64,000 nt of DNA from Bigelowiella natans CCMP2755 (Eukaryota; Protista; Cercozoa): assembly GCA_000320545.1 (NCBI GenBank), contig ADNK01002159.1:1-64000 (forward strand). Direction: 5' to 3'. Shown piece after piece: positions 41,210 to 55,306 of the stretch. The first letter of the stretch is position 1. Every line of letters begins with the position of its first letter. A model generated the notes under the pieces. The model saw nothing but the letters and a program-made list of their open reading frames with translations. It was not told where the DNA came from and ran no database searches. Made by a program: the position numbers and the translations under genes.

Positions 41210-43356
41210 ATATACATCCACCACGTGCATGATAGCACTCAGCACAGAAACATGCTACTTCCACCTTCTCAGGATCATACAGGAACGCTGGTATATCTTC
41301 CGTCGGGAGATAAGCAACCTGCAAGACCAACAGGGTGATTAATAAACACGGCACAAAACGGCGAAGGAGGACAAGGGGCGACACATCCTGAAACGGCTCA
41401 TGCGAGGATATATGCTGAGTGTGTGCGTGAGGTTGGTGAAGCTTATACATGACAAAAGGACAAAAATGACAAAAACATCATTCGATTGTTCGTGTCCACG
41501 AGCTATCGTTCCATAACCTCGATGTTCTCTCCATCGTTCTCCACGCCGCCTCCTCGGCCTTCCCGCATCTTTTCATTGACCTACACAACAATCACCGACG
41601 GTGCATCATCCTCGCGATCGTTATTCGTCTTTCTTCCCCCCCCTCTCGCACACTTCCCTCATCCTCTTTGAGCATCAACAATCCACCTGAACGTAGAAGA
41701 CATCGTGAATGGAACCCATCAACCCAACGGAGGCACGGTAGCGGTTGACAAGCTTCAAATCGTCCGCGGATACTCGGTATCTGGAGTCATTGTTTCGTTC
41801 GTTACGATGGTGATCAGGAAGGATCACGGTGATAAATCATTTCCATTTTGATGATAGTCGTGTCTAAATTCTCGTTTCATAAATAGCATACACAACGAAA
41901 GATCCTAACAATTCTATCTAAATATATCTGTGTGTATATCCACACTGTAGGTATCTGTGTTTTCAGGGAAAAGAGGATTGGAGGAAGAGAGAGAGAGAGG
42001 GGGAGAGAGAGAGATTGGGGGGGGGTGAGTAACCCTGTCTCCTCGTAAACTTCCTCTGCGGCTATCTGACTACGTGATTTTCCCTTTTTATCAACGAGAC
42101 CCTGCCAGTTATAAGCGTAACGTGGTTGCGCGTGTGAAAGACAGGTGTTGCGATGAGATATACGTCATCCTCACGATTTCTTCTTGCTACAACTTACTAA
42201 TACTAACAATAATAATAGTAAATTTACCATCACGTCTTAGCTATCATGCGTATTTTGCACAACTGGTGGATTCAGAAGTCGTAATGTTTCGTACCGCAGG
42301 CATCTCCAGTGTAAATCCCGCCGTTGATTTCGTTTTCGTCGTCGATGATGACAATGAAGATGATGAATCTGTGAAGAGGGAGGCATCTCAGGGTGTTGCT
42401 AGGGGTCAACAGGAGCCAGTGCTTATGGGAGAAGCAGTGACGAGGACATACGATGAACGATGATCGTTGTACTAAGGCTAATACGTTTGACCTTCACTGC
42501 TAACAGAGTCTCTGTAGTATACAGCGGGACGGAATTGTCTCACGAGTATTATAGCATCCTTTTCAGCGTGGTGAACTAAAACGCACACAGCGTCGTGGCT
42601 GCAGTGATAGCGATTACACATCATTCGAATGTAAGTCAGGCTTAGCCGTGTACGGTCAGGTCTATCGAGTTTCCAGACAGTGACCAGGCATTAAACATTA
42701 GAACTACGAACGACAAGCCCAGGAGTTTACGGCAATACTCTCGTCAATTTTTCCTTCCATAAACGCCGAGCACGTCATGAGGTCATCTCTCTCAAAGAAG
42801 CCTCCAGAAGAAAAAGCTACCTTTCGATCAGATCCCAAGTACGCGCACGTTCGCCTTGATTAAACCTGTGCGTGATGGGTTCAACGGAGCGATTCATCTT
42901 AATCTCAATTTTTCGTTCGAAGTCACCGAATCCTTCGTGGCGTCATGAACTTGGACGGTCCCGGGTTTTCCTCCACACGAATGTCGCGAGGAAGCTGTGT
43001 ATTGGTCAAAAAACTATCCTTAGTCTCTGCCTATGGTAACCGGATGGGAGACTTTCGTGCACCATTCCTGCCCCCGTTCGATAAAATTCAAAATATTTCT
43101 TCATGCGACTGTGTTTGTGAAAAGAGAGACCGCAGGGCTTGTGCCACGTATCAGATCGTGTTCGATTCGCATTTGTGTTAGTAGTAGTAGTAACCGGCAA
43201 GTCTGGACTCTTGTCTGATGAAAAGGACCGCGCAATATATGCAGCGAAGTTTCGAGTACGGTGGTAATATCGTCGTGGGTATAACGCTTTCGTTGCCTTC
43301 AGGCTAGCGGAGGACATCGTAAATGCAAGGAGAAGCGACCGCCTTATGGCAGCCAT
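40922..43356 (-). CDS. NUDT14: NUDT14-like Nudix hydrolase (UDP/ADP-sugar pyrophosphatase)
   Basis: RTWDLIE|SHDAVCVLVHH..IILVRQFRPAVY, SVGLMGS..FYVQ|V..GGGVENDGENIE|VAYLP and QWFL; ends in AKL*. The N-terminus looks like a mitochondrial presequence. Confidence 0.82.
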
Positions 43357-43934
43357 CAGGATCTAATTTTCGCTACGACATCACCAGAATGTAGTCGTCA
43401 CTCTTATTCGCAATTGATTTGCATATGAATTCATGTGTAGCTCCCATCTCCCCTGGATTACCAGAAAAAATCGACAAAATCTTTGCCCGAACACCAAAAC
43501 TGACGCGTGTTGCCAATTGTGTTGCCAGAAGCCATCAAGAGTACACTCACATTTCCAGGTTCTTAGTGGGTTGTATTCTGGACTGGATGTTTCGACTGGA
43601 TTCAGTGCCATTTTCGCAGTTTCGGCCCGTTTTTCTCGGTTATTGACAACTCTCCGTCGCGGTGGTTGTGTATGTTGCGCGCCAGCGCGGCGAACAAAAA
43701 ATCAAAGCAAGTGAAAACTTTCACTCCCCCACGATCGGTCAAAAATCTCTTGAATTTCGATGGAAATGCGATCAATGTCTTGTCGCTAAAAGAATATCAA
43801 ATGTGTTTCCATGTTCAAAGAATGATTTTGTTGTATTTGTTGTTTTCTTCCGTCTCGAACTTTCACATCTCAGCCCCTCAGTTCAACAAATCACATCTCG
43901 CGAGCGCTTTCGTGCTCCCATTCTCTCGAGTAAC

Positions 43935-45324
43935 ATGTCAGAATTGAAGCCTGTTTCGAAAGTTCATCATGGGTTTATGAGAGCAACGGGGAAAAGAAAG
44001 CGAGTGGGCGGAAAGCCAAAACAGGATAAAAGGAGAAAAGAGGGTGGCGGGTCGCGTCCAGAGAAAATATGGAATTCATGGAATCTATTCCAAGAGAAAT
44101 ATGGGATGGCCAAACCAGAAGGAGAAAACAAGGAGCAAGTAGTTGAAGAAAATAAGGAACAGGATGCTTTCGCAGCGTTCCAGAAACTCACCCCTGAGCA
44201 AAAGGAGATCCTCAAGCGCGATGCTGAGGAACTGAATAAGACCGGGTGGGTGTTCGCACCATCCACACAACACAGCTATCAAATCTCACCTTGCCCCTTA
44301 CCCCCTACAGGTTCGAGGAAATGGAACCAAGCCACGAAAAATTTAATCCAACTGCTTTTGGGAAGCTCATTGAAACCATGGACGCTGCGTCCGCAGATGC
44401 CTACGACATGTAAACACGAAGAACATGCAATGAAGCCTCCTCGACGTCACCCTATCTGAGCTCAGAAGCGTTATCTTTTTGTTTTCAGGGGTGGAAGCTG
44501 TGCTTTCGTGCTCTACCATAAGGAAATGGGACGATACTCAAGTTCAGCCTCAGGAGAATTTGAGTCTCAGGCCGCGTTGGTTCGTCTTACAGACCTTGGA
44601 GAAGCGATCGAACACCCCAATGGAACTCCCCCAGACAAGTATTTACACCACATTTGCTGCCCTGCTTTCTCCTTTGTGTTGGTGTCTGCGTGTGATTGCC
44701 CAATGAGATACAGTAAGGAACACCCATCCTGACATAAATTCAGATGGTCATCAAGGCTCGAAAGCAGCGCGAAGGGGACGAGGAAGCACTACCATAAGCT
44801 GGTGCGAAAGCACTTCAAAAACACCATGGGGACTGACCGCCTGCCTTGGAAGGCTTTGAATGAAGGCTCGAAGAAAATATCACACTGGCCATTAGTGCGA
44901 TATCCTACCCACTTCCACCTTTTGAACAAGCCAGAATGCAAGGAAATACTCAAAGTAAAAAAACTGAAATTGATGAATCCTGAGTCGGATTCAGACTCGG
45001 AAAATGAGGGACCCGAGATGACTCCACATGGCACCTTCGAGACGTACGCGAAATATGTGTTAGCAACGATCGAAATTCCAGACGAAGACAAGGGTGGCGT
45101 CGATCCGAGAGCACTGAAACTGCACGAATTCCTTAAACGCGAAACATTGGCCATGCTGAGAGAAAGGGGTATGATGAGGACGAAACATAAACATAATCAC
45201 TCTGCATCAAAATGTTGAGTTCTCCGAGAAAAGGAAAGACAGATAGGATATCGATCCTGCGCGCCACATAACAGAACCGTATACCTTTTCCATTTTTCAA
45301 CTGTTATGAAACCAGAAGCAACTA

Positions 45325-45376
<52 letters not shown>

Positions 45377-45726
45377 TCATACAATATTAGTATGGCCTGT
45401 TCAATGTTTCCCGTGATAAAATTTTCTCAGGATTCCGAGATCTTCCTTCAGAGCAGACGAAAGAGAAAACTAGCGATCTCACCCCGTTCGCACTGAAGGA
45501 CGAGGATCAGAAGGGAGGGGAGAGGCCGGAGGCATCATTGTTCGCGCCTCCACCCCCCCCACCCCCACCGCAGCCACCACAAATCCCGCAGCCACAGATT
45601 GAGCCAGCATCGCAGATCGTAACTGCACAGCTCGTCTCATCACAGATTGTGCCTCCTCCGCAGATTGACGACTCAGAAGCTCAGAAGACAGCGGTTTGTG
45701 GACCACGCCATTTCGAATGGGATTAA
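43935..45726 (+). CDS. Hypothetical protein with HMG-box-like N-terminal region; 3' exons uncertain
   Basis: NSWNLFQ..FQKLTPEQKEILKRDAEELN, followed by phase-consistent exons to RLPWKALNEGSKKISHWP and an acidic SDSDSE patch. Confidence 0.55.
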
Positions 45727-45954
45727 CCAACCCTCCTAAGATTCGTTATTATTATTAATTACGTGCCACGCCGTGATTGCGTGCTTCTCAACGTCTCAAC
45801 ACAACTTGTGAACGCGAATGTTTGTACGCAGGAGTTATTGGGAGATGTAAAGCCTGTGACGACCGAGGCCGCCGAGACAGTGGTAAAGAATGTTTTTTCA
45901 CTTTTTTGTTGTTGGTGGTGGTGGATATGTGCGATGTCCGCATTGGAATGGCGC

Positions 45955-46005
<51 letters not shown>

Positions 46006-46240
46006 TTTATTCCATTGTAAGCACAACCTATTTGTGACACCTATCATCACGAAGCGTGAATCTTATAGTCTCTTATCTTCTGGCAGGCACAATCTGTAAC
46101 GAGTGACTGATAAGTGCAGACCATGGTAGTAAGAAAGTTGTGGAATAGAGTACAAGCAACACGGAGATGCTAAAAATTATGATGATGCTTACTTTGTTTT
46201 TAACCTAAGGCTAATACTCTAGTATACAAATATGCACACC

Positions 46241-46284
<44 letters not shown>

Positions 46285-46539
46285 AGTTGATACGTGATAC
46301 CTAGCCTTAGTACCAGAATATGGTATTTCATGTGCTGCTGCTGATGCTCTTTGTTGCACATATGAACGTATACAGGTAATTGCTCTTCAAAATTCTTCAT
46401 CATAGCAGCACAGAAGTTGCCTAGGACAGTTCTTCTCGAAAAATCACATTTTGTCGTTACGTGCAAATGTAAAAGTATTGCAATAAATCATTTTGATTCT
46501 GATCATGGTATATAGAGGCATTAACTTTGAAACAGTGTT

Positions 46540-46960
46540 CAATCCTGGACCATGCCATGCTAGCATGCTGCGCCAACGTGCATAAAGAGAAAAATCTCTA
46601 CATGTAGCGAATGACGCATTCGCGTCACAATGATCGTAGTTCCTATTGTGAGCAGGGCGCAGAAGCTGGCGTACACACTGCATGCAATTTTGTCATTGTT
46701 CGCGATCCGATGCGATGAACTTGCCGCAGTCGATCGTGCATGCAGGCGCGTGCATGTGTGCATGTTTCGTGTGGATCGATCGCTAGATCGCATCGCAGGT
46801 GCACGACTCGCATTGTTTGTACTTCAATGCTGGACGCACATTTAGACACGTGCTGTGTCGAAAAAGGACCATAGACACGGTGTACAATTCACATTCATGA
46901 TGCATGATGCATGTGCACCTTGTCCGCTTCTAGCATTTCAAAGAACTGCATCACACTGAT
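46540..46960. other. Partially TpA-depleted, TGCA/CATG-rich intergenic island
   Basis: 46681-46800 has a single TA, which is in CTAG. Confidence 0.6.
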
Positions 46961-47139
46961 GAGTACGCTGATTTATATGGGTTGTCGCAGGGATAAAATG
47001 CTATGGTTTTTGATGTTTTTGGCACATTTTTATCTCTGATTTTGGTTTCCGAACAAAAACTGCATTTTGCCCCCGTGACAACCACAGGACACGTCGTCTG
47101 CCCTCTCCCCTTTCTTTGCATCCGAAGCCGGCCATTGAG

Positions 47140-48156
47140 ATGTTCCGACTGGCTCGACGCCTGGCCCTTGGGGCCTCGGCTTCATTCGCGACATCTGCAG
47201 CGGTTATAATTGGGGCGGAAGAGGGGAGAGGGGAATTCATTCTGCTTCTCACTTCCTCAATCGACTGCGCTTTCTCAGGTTTTGTATCTCTACGACGACG
47301 AGGTGTTCGACGCGGCAGTCAGGTGAGCAAAGGAGAAAGAGGAAGTACAACGGAACTTCTGGTTTAAAAAAAGAAGGGAAAGGAATCCTTATATTTGATG
47401 CAATGTTGTCGCAGTGATTGGGCTTGCCAAAGAACGATGCCTTTTCTTTTTTAGGGTGGGAAGATGCGGAGTCACCGTTGTCAAAATGACAAGTAGCTAT
47501 ACCTACCACCGATGGGGAATTGACGGCGAGGCCAAACGAGAAGCCACAAATAAAGCTCACAAAATGTAAACCCCCCCTTCCCCCTTGTTCCGACTTTCCA
47601 GCGATTTTACTTTATTCTATCTTCCTTACTCACAGAAATGCGGAGCGTCTTCGCGAGATGCTATTTCAAAACAAAGGCATATACATCAAGGTTTTCGCTC
47701 TAGATATAGGAGGCACAATTCTCAACACGAGTGCTATTTCTTTCTTCCTGTCTTCCAAGCATGTTTCTGTCTTTCAAACAAGGTTGGGCAATACCTTGGA
47801 ACGTTGGACTATATGATTCCTACAACCTATGTGGAGACGATGCGAGGTCAATTTATCGCATGTCGGTATTTTGTTTGATGGTGACAGTTTCGATTCATGA
47901 TGATTGTATTCTTCAACTAACTGATGGATGCTTTGTTGCGTTATGGTCCAGGCTGCTTCGATGACGCGCCATCGAGTAAAACGAAACTACCTTTCCACAA
48001 TTTCCTCGCATCTCGAACGAACAAAGCATTGACGACTATAGCAGTGCCTCGCAATTTTAAAAACTTGACCGCACACAGGGAATGGAGAGGATGATTACAG
48101 AAGAACGTGACAAACGAAAAAGCATAATGGCCGCAATACCGTGTGCTTGCGTACGG

Positions 48157-48187
<31 letters not shown>

Positions 48188-48745
48188 TGTGTTTGCTTTT
48201 TGTGTGTAAATTATTTTCATATAATTTTAGGTAGCTGGGAAGAGGTGGAGGAGACGATCAAGAATGAAATGAAACGGTTAATATACCCCAACGAAGAAGG
48301 ATGATTTCGCACAGCGCCAAGCTGATGCGGCAAAATAATCAGGAAATGCTATCTTCTCAGGCCTATTAGCGGTATCTTCAAATATATCGACAAGAAACCA
48401 ATCGCATCTGCTTCGCTTGCGCAGGTGATAACCTACTTTCAAGACACAAATCGCACTGTACGAAGTAATACAACCATACGCTTTACAGGTTCATCGAGGT
48501 GTTACACATGACGGTGTCGAGGTCCGCAACCCCCCCCCCCCGGCCCTCTAGCACTTAATAACACTCGCGGATAGACGCTAGTGTGTATTTTAGCCATAGT
48601 TATTCCTATGCTCTTTACCACCAAAGATGATAGGAAAGAATTAACACCAATACCCAGGTTAATTAATATCAGGTAGCAATCAAGGTGCAGCACCCGCATT
48701 TGAAACGTAAGCATAGCCCACTTTCTATAAAATATATATACAATA

Positions 48746-48782
<37 letters not shown>

Positions 48783-51391
48783 TGATTATTTACGATAGGT
48801 ATGGCGCGGACGGAAGTCTTTATTGTCGAAAGTAAAACAGAGCTATTTTTAAGCCTAAAATATTAACAAATATATGTGTATAATAAAAATATATATATGA
48901 ATATACATATGTGCCAAAAAGACATTCGTTTCTCCTTTGTACCGTCGATTTATGGGTATTGTTACCAAGATGTTCATCTTGCAGAGCTGTTGGCCGCAAT
49001 CCGCATCTTCCAGCCAGATTTTGGTTTCCAGGTGATATCGCCCTGTTTCATCGTTTCGCTGCGTATAGAGTATCCCCCCCCCCCCCCCCCCCCCCCCATC
49101 TTTTCCCACAAATGTTGTAGTACACATATAGGTAGGAGCGTCTGTGATTTTTTAAATGTATTTGTTGTCACGTGATGGTGGACTCCCCGTTGTGTCTGTG
49201 ATAGTCTAACTCTGTTCTGTTGTTAGTGGCTTGTAGAGGAGATGAAGCTCAATATCCCGAAGGTGTGGACCTCAAGAGAGAGGGATTCGTTGCCCGATGT
49301 TGTGCATGATCAGATACTCGTTTTTGAGAGACTTTGTCCGCAACCCGTACGACACACACGGCAAGCACAACCTACGCATTCTATCTCCGTTCTCAATCTG
49401 TCTGTCTATAATATATAATACATATACATATATAAATATGTGCGTGTGTGTGTGTGCGCGCGTGTATGTGTGTGTTCTTATGGCCAGGAACTCAACTTTA
49501 AAGAAGAAGCCAGGAACGCAAATCGATGCCGTACTCTTCTCCAAGGTCGTTCGGATTTTTAAAAAAACTGTTTCGTGGCCAACAAATCAAGCATTGACCG
49601 GAGTAGCATGAATCATCCCGTGTTGCTCTAAGATTCCTCGTCAATTGTCCCCTGAAAACACACCTGCTTCTTCACCGTATGTTCCGTCTCCTCCGTCTCC
49701 TCCTCCTCCTCCTCCTCCTCCTCTGTAGGCTTTGGTGACACCGTCGTTGTGCCAGAGATTCTGCATGAGCTTTCTACCGAGAAAGTCCTGACGATGAGCT
49801 TCGAGCATGGTTGCAAGGTGAATAGCAATCGCGGTGATAACACCACGACTCATCACCCCCTTCTCCAATCATGTTCTTGGCAGATATCCGACAAGTCAGC
49901 GATAGAGGCACAGGGGATCTTGGCGCGAGACGTTGCGAGAAGTCTTTCTACGGTGTTCGCGGAGCTCATCTTCAAGCACGGGTAACAACAACAACAACAA
50001 CAACAACAACGACGACCGTTTTCATCATCATCATCAGGGATGGGAGGAGTAAGGAGAAACCACACATCTGAGCAGCGTCGTCGAAATAGGGAGAGGGGTT
50101 AGGGAGAGGGGCAGAGAAGAGAGAGGGGGGAGAGATAAAGAGACAGGGAGATCCTGCTTTTCCAGCATTTATTGAAGCAAACGTTTCTTTCGGCCTTCCC
50201 CATTTTCACTTCTTCTTCTGTATAGTTTCGTTCGTATTTGTCTTCGTTTCATCCGTCCTTTACATACACACGCCTCTCACCATTGCTACTGCTTCTCCTC
50301 TGCATCTCTTCTATATCACACTTTCGTGCCCCCGCGCTGCCAGATTCGTGCACTGCGACCCTCATCCTGGTGTGAGGCGATGATGATGATGACGATGATA
50401 ATGATAATGATAATGATGATGATGATGATGATGATGATGACGATGATAATGATAATGATGATGATAATGATGATGATGATGATGATGATTATGACCAAAT
50501 TATATCGTTTTGTAGTCACTGAAGCACTCACATCCATAAATGCAATTACACAGACGCACTCTTTCTCCCCCCCCACACTACCGCACCCATATCTCATTGT
50601 TGTTCTTCATTGGGTGCTAGGGAATGTACTCGTGAGGAGAAAAAGTAGCAGAAATAGCAACGATATGACATCTAGCAGTGGTAGTCAGAGAGTAGAGAGT
50701 ACACACACATACACACACACACACACTGAGCATTATTATAAAGACAAAGTCATACATACACACACCTAGCAAAAAGGCAAGAGAGCGGTAGAGAGGAGGG
50801 TGGTAACATATGAACTTAACGCTGTTTCTCCCTGCTTCTCTCTCCCTCTATCTCTCCTCAATGTCTCCTCTTAAACAATCAACCATTTAATCTCCGCGCT
50901 AACATAATCCACCGGTGTATTCCTGCAAATTGGTACTCTCTATGCGGCTGTGTTACGCGAAAGATGAGCGCCACGGTGTGCAGCTCGTGATATTAGACCA
51001 TGGACTTTACAGGTAGTTCTGCTGGTAAAAAAAAAAAGCGCGTGCGCGGGGGGAGGGGGGGGGGGTTGAAGTGGGAAATCATGGTGCCTTTATGAAATCT
51101 CGACAGCTTTGTATTGAATGACCTGGTGCCTTTATGAAATCTCGACAGCTTTGTATTGAATGTCCTGACCGCCAACTTGATTGTTACTCTTCTTTCTCTG
51201 CTGCTGCTGCTGCTGCTGCGACTGGTGGCAACACTACCAACCACATCACAGGGAGCTGGACGACAAGATACGGTATCATAGCAGACGTGTAGAGACACTT
51301 GTGTGAATATGCTTGTGTATGTCTCTGTGTATGTGTCGTGAAACAAATATGTGTGGAGGGCCAAAGACAGACAAAGAGTATAAGAAAGAGA

Positions 51392-51436
<45 letters not shown>

Positions 51437-52189
51437 CTCCGAAGTTACGAGTTTCTTGCTGCTGCCGCACCAAACTTTATAGTCTTGAACTCTGCGAGAT
51501 GTGGAAAGGCATCGTCATGGCTGACGCAGAATCAATAAAGGTTGCCGTTGGATTTTATTCCTCGTATGTGTGAGTATACCTATGGAGATGCGTGCGTGTA
51601 CGTGCGTGCGTTCTTTGCAATGAGGAGGAAAAGGCGATATTTCTTCTCTATTTCCCCTACTAGTCCACACTGAGTGTACCGCTGCTGCTGCTGCTGCTGC
51701 TGCTGATACAGGCATCTTCAAAGCGGCTCGGGATAAGGTCAAAGTGGATGGACGAACGGTTTCCGGGAATGGTAGTTTGATGCTGCAAGTTCTGCTCTCT
51801 TCCTGGCTTTACATGTTGGCATCTGTGCAAAGGGCCGCTGTGTATAGAGTAGCGGAACAAAACCATGCAGGCTGGCTTCTGAACTTCTCTCTTGCCATTG
51901 GCGGGTTTTTGTCATCAGGACCTCTCCCACACGCTGATTGCTGCGATGTTAAGTGCGAAAGAGTGGAGCGTAATCGCAATGCAAGGTGCTGGATTTCTAT
52001 TGACTCTATAGAATATGAAGTGTGTACTCTTTCCTGCTATTTACTACTGTAATAATCGGCGTGCTATTGCTGCACGTGTGCGCTCTTGACCGTGTGGGAA
52101 GTCGGAGGATCGATGGTTCTTCTCGCCGTCGTTCAAGTGTCCAACATGTAGATTTTGTGTTGCAGCTATATCATATAGGTTTGCGCACA

Positions 52190-52233
<44 letters not shown>

Positions 52234-53239
52234 AATATATGTGTGTGTGCGTGTGTGTGTGTGTAAATTGCTTATTCGGTAGGAAATGCTCTTGATCGAT
52301 TCGATTCGCGCGGAAGCCAAGAGGAACAGCGCAAGGCCCTCTCTGCAAACGTCTCCGAGTAAAACTTTGATGATTGCAAAACTTATGCGATGTCGGAAAT
52401 GCTCCGATGGAAATATCAGCCACCACCCGTGTGTCTGTCAACTCTCGAACGAATCCATTCACAAAGCTGCAGTGCAGTGATTGTGTTTATAATCTATGTG
52501 TGTGTGTGTGTGTTGTTACCACATGGTGCATGGACATTAGGTATCTTAATGGCATTGTGGACGTGCTAGAGTCATGCCCAAGGTGAGCAGGAAGCGACAA
52601 GAAATACCATCACTCTTAATAACAGTCTATCGTCATCCTCCCCCCCCTCTCCATAATCATCTTTTTCCTTTCACAGGGACATGCTGTTGATATTGAAGGC
52701 TAATGATGCACTGAGGAGTGTGTCCTCCCAACTAGTAATTCGTCATTTCTCTGCATAATCTCGTAACGCCCCGTCTACCCCCTCCCCCTCTCCCTTTCCC
52801 CATCGACCTGCTACCGTGTGTTTAAGCTCGCTTTTCTTACACAAATTAAGGGAGGGCTCAGCAGCGATACGTTTCTCATCACGGCACTAGCATCCTGTAA
52901 GGCACTTCTTGTTGATCCAAAAACTACTTCAAGACTGAGTGCAGCAAAGCAACACTCTTTCTGTTCTTCCTCACTGTCAACGCTCTCACGGAGGATAGAG
53001 CTATTACTGGTCGCATGCGATAAGTTTTTCATGCTGTTGTTCCAAGTGGTTTCTTTACCCCCTTTCTTCTATGAGTTGTTCTTATGCGTCTTTGTGCTGT
53101 GTTGGAACGAATGTTGGGCTGGTGAATGCAGGCTTATGCCCGAGTCAAGATCTTTATTTTCCTAGCTGATGTGCAATCATACGGAATGTGGAAGGCTATG
53201 AGCGATACCTTCCCCATTTGGCCGAGCTCGATACTTTAG
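47140..53239 (+). CDS. ADCK1: ABC1/ADCK1-like atypical kinase, ~22 small exons
   Basis: NKGIYIK|VGQ, PIASASLAQ|VHRG, VAIKVQHP, ELNFKEEARN, VLTMSFEHG, FVHCDPHPG|NVLVR, LVILDHGLYR; mitochondrial-type N-terminus. Confidence 0.9.
51082..51162 (+). repeat. Intronic tandem duplication with a 42-bp period (39-bp identical core)
   Basis: tggtgcctttatgaaatctcgacagctttgtattgaatg occurs twice. Confidence 0.95.
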
Positions 53240-53732
53240 TTGCATGCTACCAGCTGAACGGCTGATAATCTCACATCCAATAGTAGCTGTCCTTCTTTCG
53301 GTCGTCTCATTTCAACTTACTCGTGAGTTGTCACATTAGTTTTAGCTATTTGCTAACGCTTGCACTGAGATGTCAATAACTTCTTGTTAACCCATGGGTT
53401 AAGCTAGTTGTGTGCGATCACTCATAATTGAATGATACCCAACCCAAAAATAAGTTGTACAATGTTGCCATTGCTTTTTAACTTAGCCATAAACTTATAA
53501 AACAATTCGGCGCTTAGTATTCCGAGCTGTATGTATCGTACGATGCCGCGCGCGCCTCATCATGCTCGATTGCTGCCATTATACGCACAGCATTACTGAT
53601 TTGCTTGTTGTCGGGCGAGCGCACTGACTACGTCAAATAGCTCACAGCAGAAGGTGTCTTGCGTGCAGCGTTATATATGCATATGGCATGATATTGTAAC
53701 CTGCGGCCTATATAAACATACTGTCTATACTT

Positions 53733-55306
53733 TTATGAAAATGGGTTCGATTCAGCATGCATGCACAATGCAGACATAGGCACCGAGGTTTCTGGAGCCT
53801 CAAAATCAGTAACATCAGCACTATTTTTACCCTCACATTTCTGCCCTGTATGATTATTATGCTGCATAGACCGACCCGAGCTGTTTTTCCCTCTTTCCAA
53901 ATCTATCAGAAGCTGCCAAAATCCTTTGTTTGGGTACACATACTTTCTCTTGGAACGCACCTACATTGCATGCGATTGATGAGCAGCAGAAAACAGTGTG
54001 TTTTCTCACCGAATGTAAGGATATGCACAGTATCAGTTTTTCTCATGCAAGCACGCGCAATGTCATAACGCAGGCCAATCTCATCGCTTATCAAACACTT
54101 ATATTACCTTTGTGAAGGCATCCCTGAGCGTCAAATTGCGGTGAAGAAGCAGGAACGAGATGACCACCGTGCTAGATCGTGACACACCCGCCGAACAGTT
54201 GACAGCCACCGCCCGTCCTTGCTCCAGACTACGCGAGTTATGTGTAAATGAGGAGGAAGAAGAGAATAAGGAGGAGCCAAGAATAGCAGCTTTTCGGCTC
54301 GCTGTTTCCGTCGCAGTGGCCATTTCTACGATGGAACCTTTTTTGAATGAAGATGTGGGCGTCTTGTAGCAGACCACGGAGATTTTTCGAGTTACCAGAG
54401 GTATCGTCAATCGGCAAGCTCAACACACTTTTCACACCAGCCTGTAAAGTGTACATAGATTTACATCTTCAGTCAGGGAGATCCTTCACTTTCTATGCTA
54501 TCGATGCGTTACGACTTTGTCAAGGTCCTCTTTGCTAGGCAAGACCACATCATTTCCAGCGCAATTTAAGATCGCTTTGACATTTTTTCCCTGATAAGCG
54601 ACCATGAATAGCCGGAGATAAAACAGCAGTGATGCGTCTCCTTTTATCATTGATCGTAGCGGCCGCTGTTGATCATTCTTGAATTCTGTTTTCGAAAGTC
54701 TAACCTGCAGCCATTGTAGGTCTCTCATCCGATGCGATCCTGACAGCCATAAGTCCTAGAGTAGCGACAGCAAATAACATACACGCTTTTAATGGTCTGT
54801 TCCATTTATCTTCCACGGATACCACAATACTTCCGCTGCCGCCGTACCAACCTGGATAATCATAGCCGCAGCGGTCTCTCCAGAGTTACATCCCTTCATT
54901 TCCGGATAAGGTATGAAGAAAGAGACTAATTCCTTGCCGAACCTGCGTGAGCATGCTCTGGGATCAACTCGCAACATCATCTATCTATGGGAAGAAGAAC
55001 TTCTCCGCTTTTCATAAATGGGGGAAAACCTAGGATATGTTACACATATTGAGTTGCCGACACTACCTTTTCTCGAATTCGGCCTTCTTCTTCTCCACGC
55101 TCTTTTCAAGGTTCTGCGAAGGGCACACAGTCAGCACTGCAGCCGACGCCGTTGTTTTCGGTTAGAAACGCAGCAAACGTCCACAGCGCTCCGCGCCCAT
55201 AGACCTTCGCATAATCCCTCGGAGTGTTGCAGATCGCGCAGCGAGCTACCGTCGCATCATCGTGGAAAAATGTGCAGGCTCCGCACGCCCAGCCCCCCGA
55301 TGCCAT
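53733..55306 (-). CDS. Dual-specificity phosphatase with N-terminal RanBP2/NZF zinc finger
   Basis: WACGACTFFH..RCAICNTPR; IIQ|DLWLSG; AILNCA; LPIDD; VAVNCSAGVSRSSTVVISFL; VYPNKGFWQLL. Confidence 0.85.

Noticed and set aside
42955-42990. 2A/StopGo-like motif DIRVEENPGP in NUDT14
   Set aside because: It lacks the invariant Asp of D(V/I)ExNPGP (Arg here) and aligns with the normal N-terminal strand of NUDT14.
50316-50769. Poly-Ile/Met ORFs, and similar CV/YI/ER/HT-repeat ORFs throughout
   Set aside because: Translations of intronic microsatellites.
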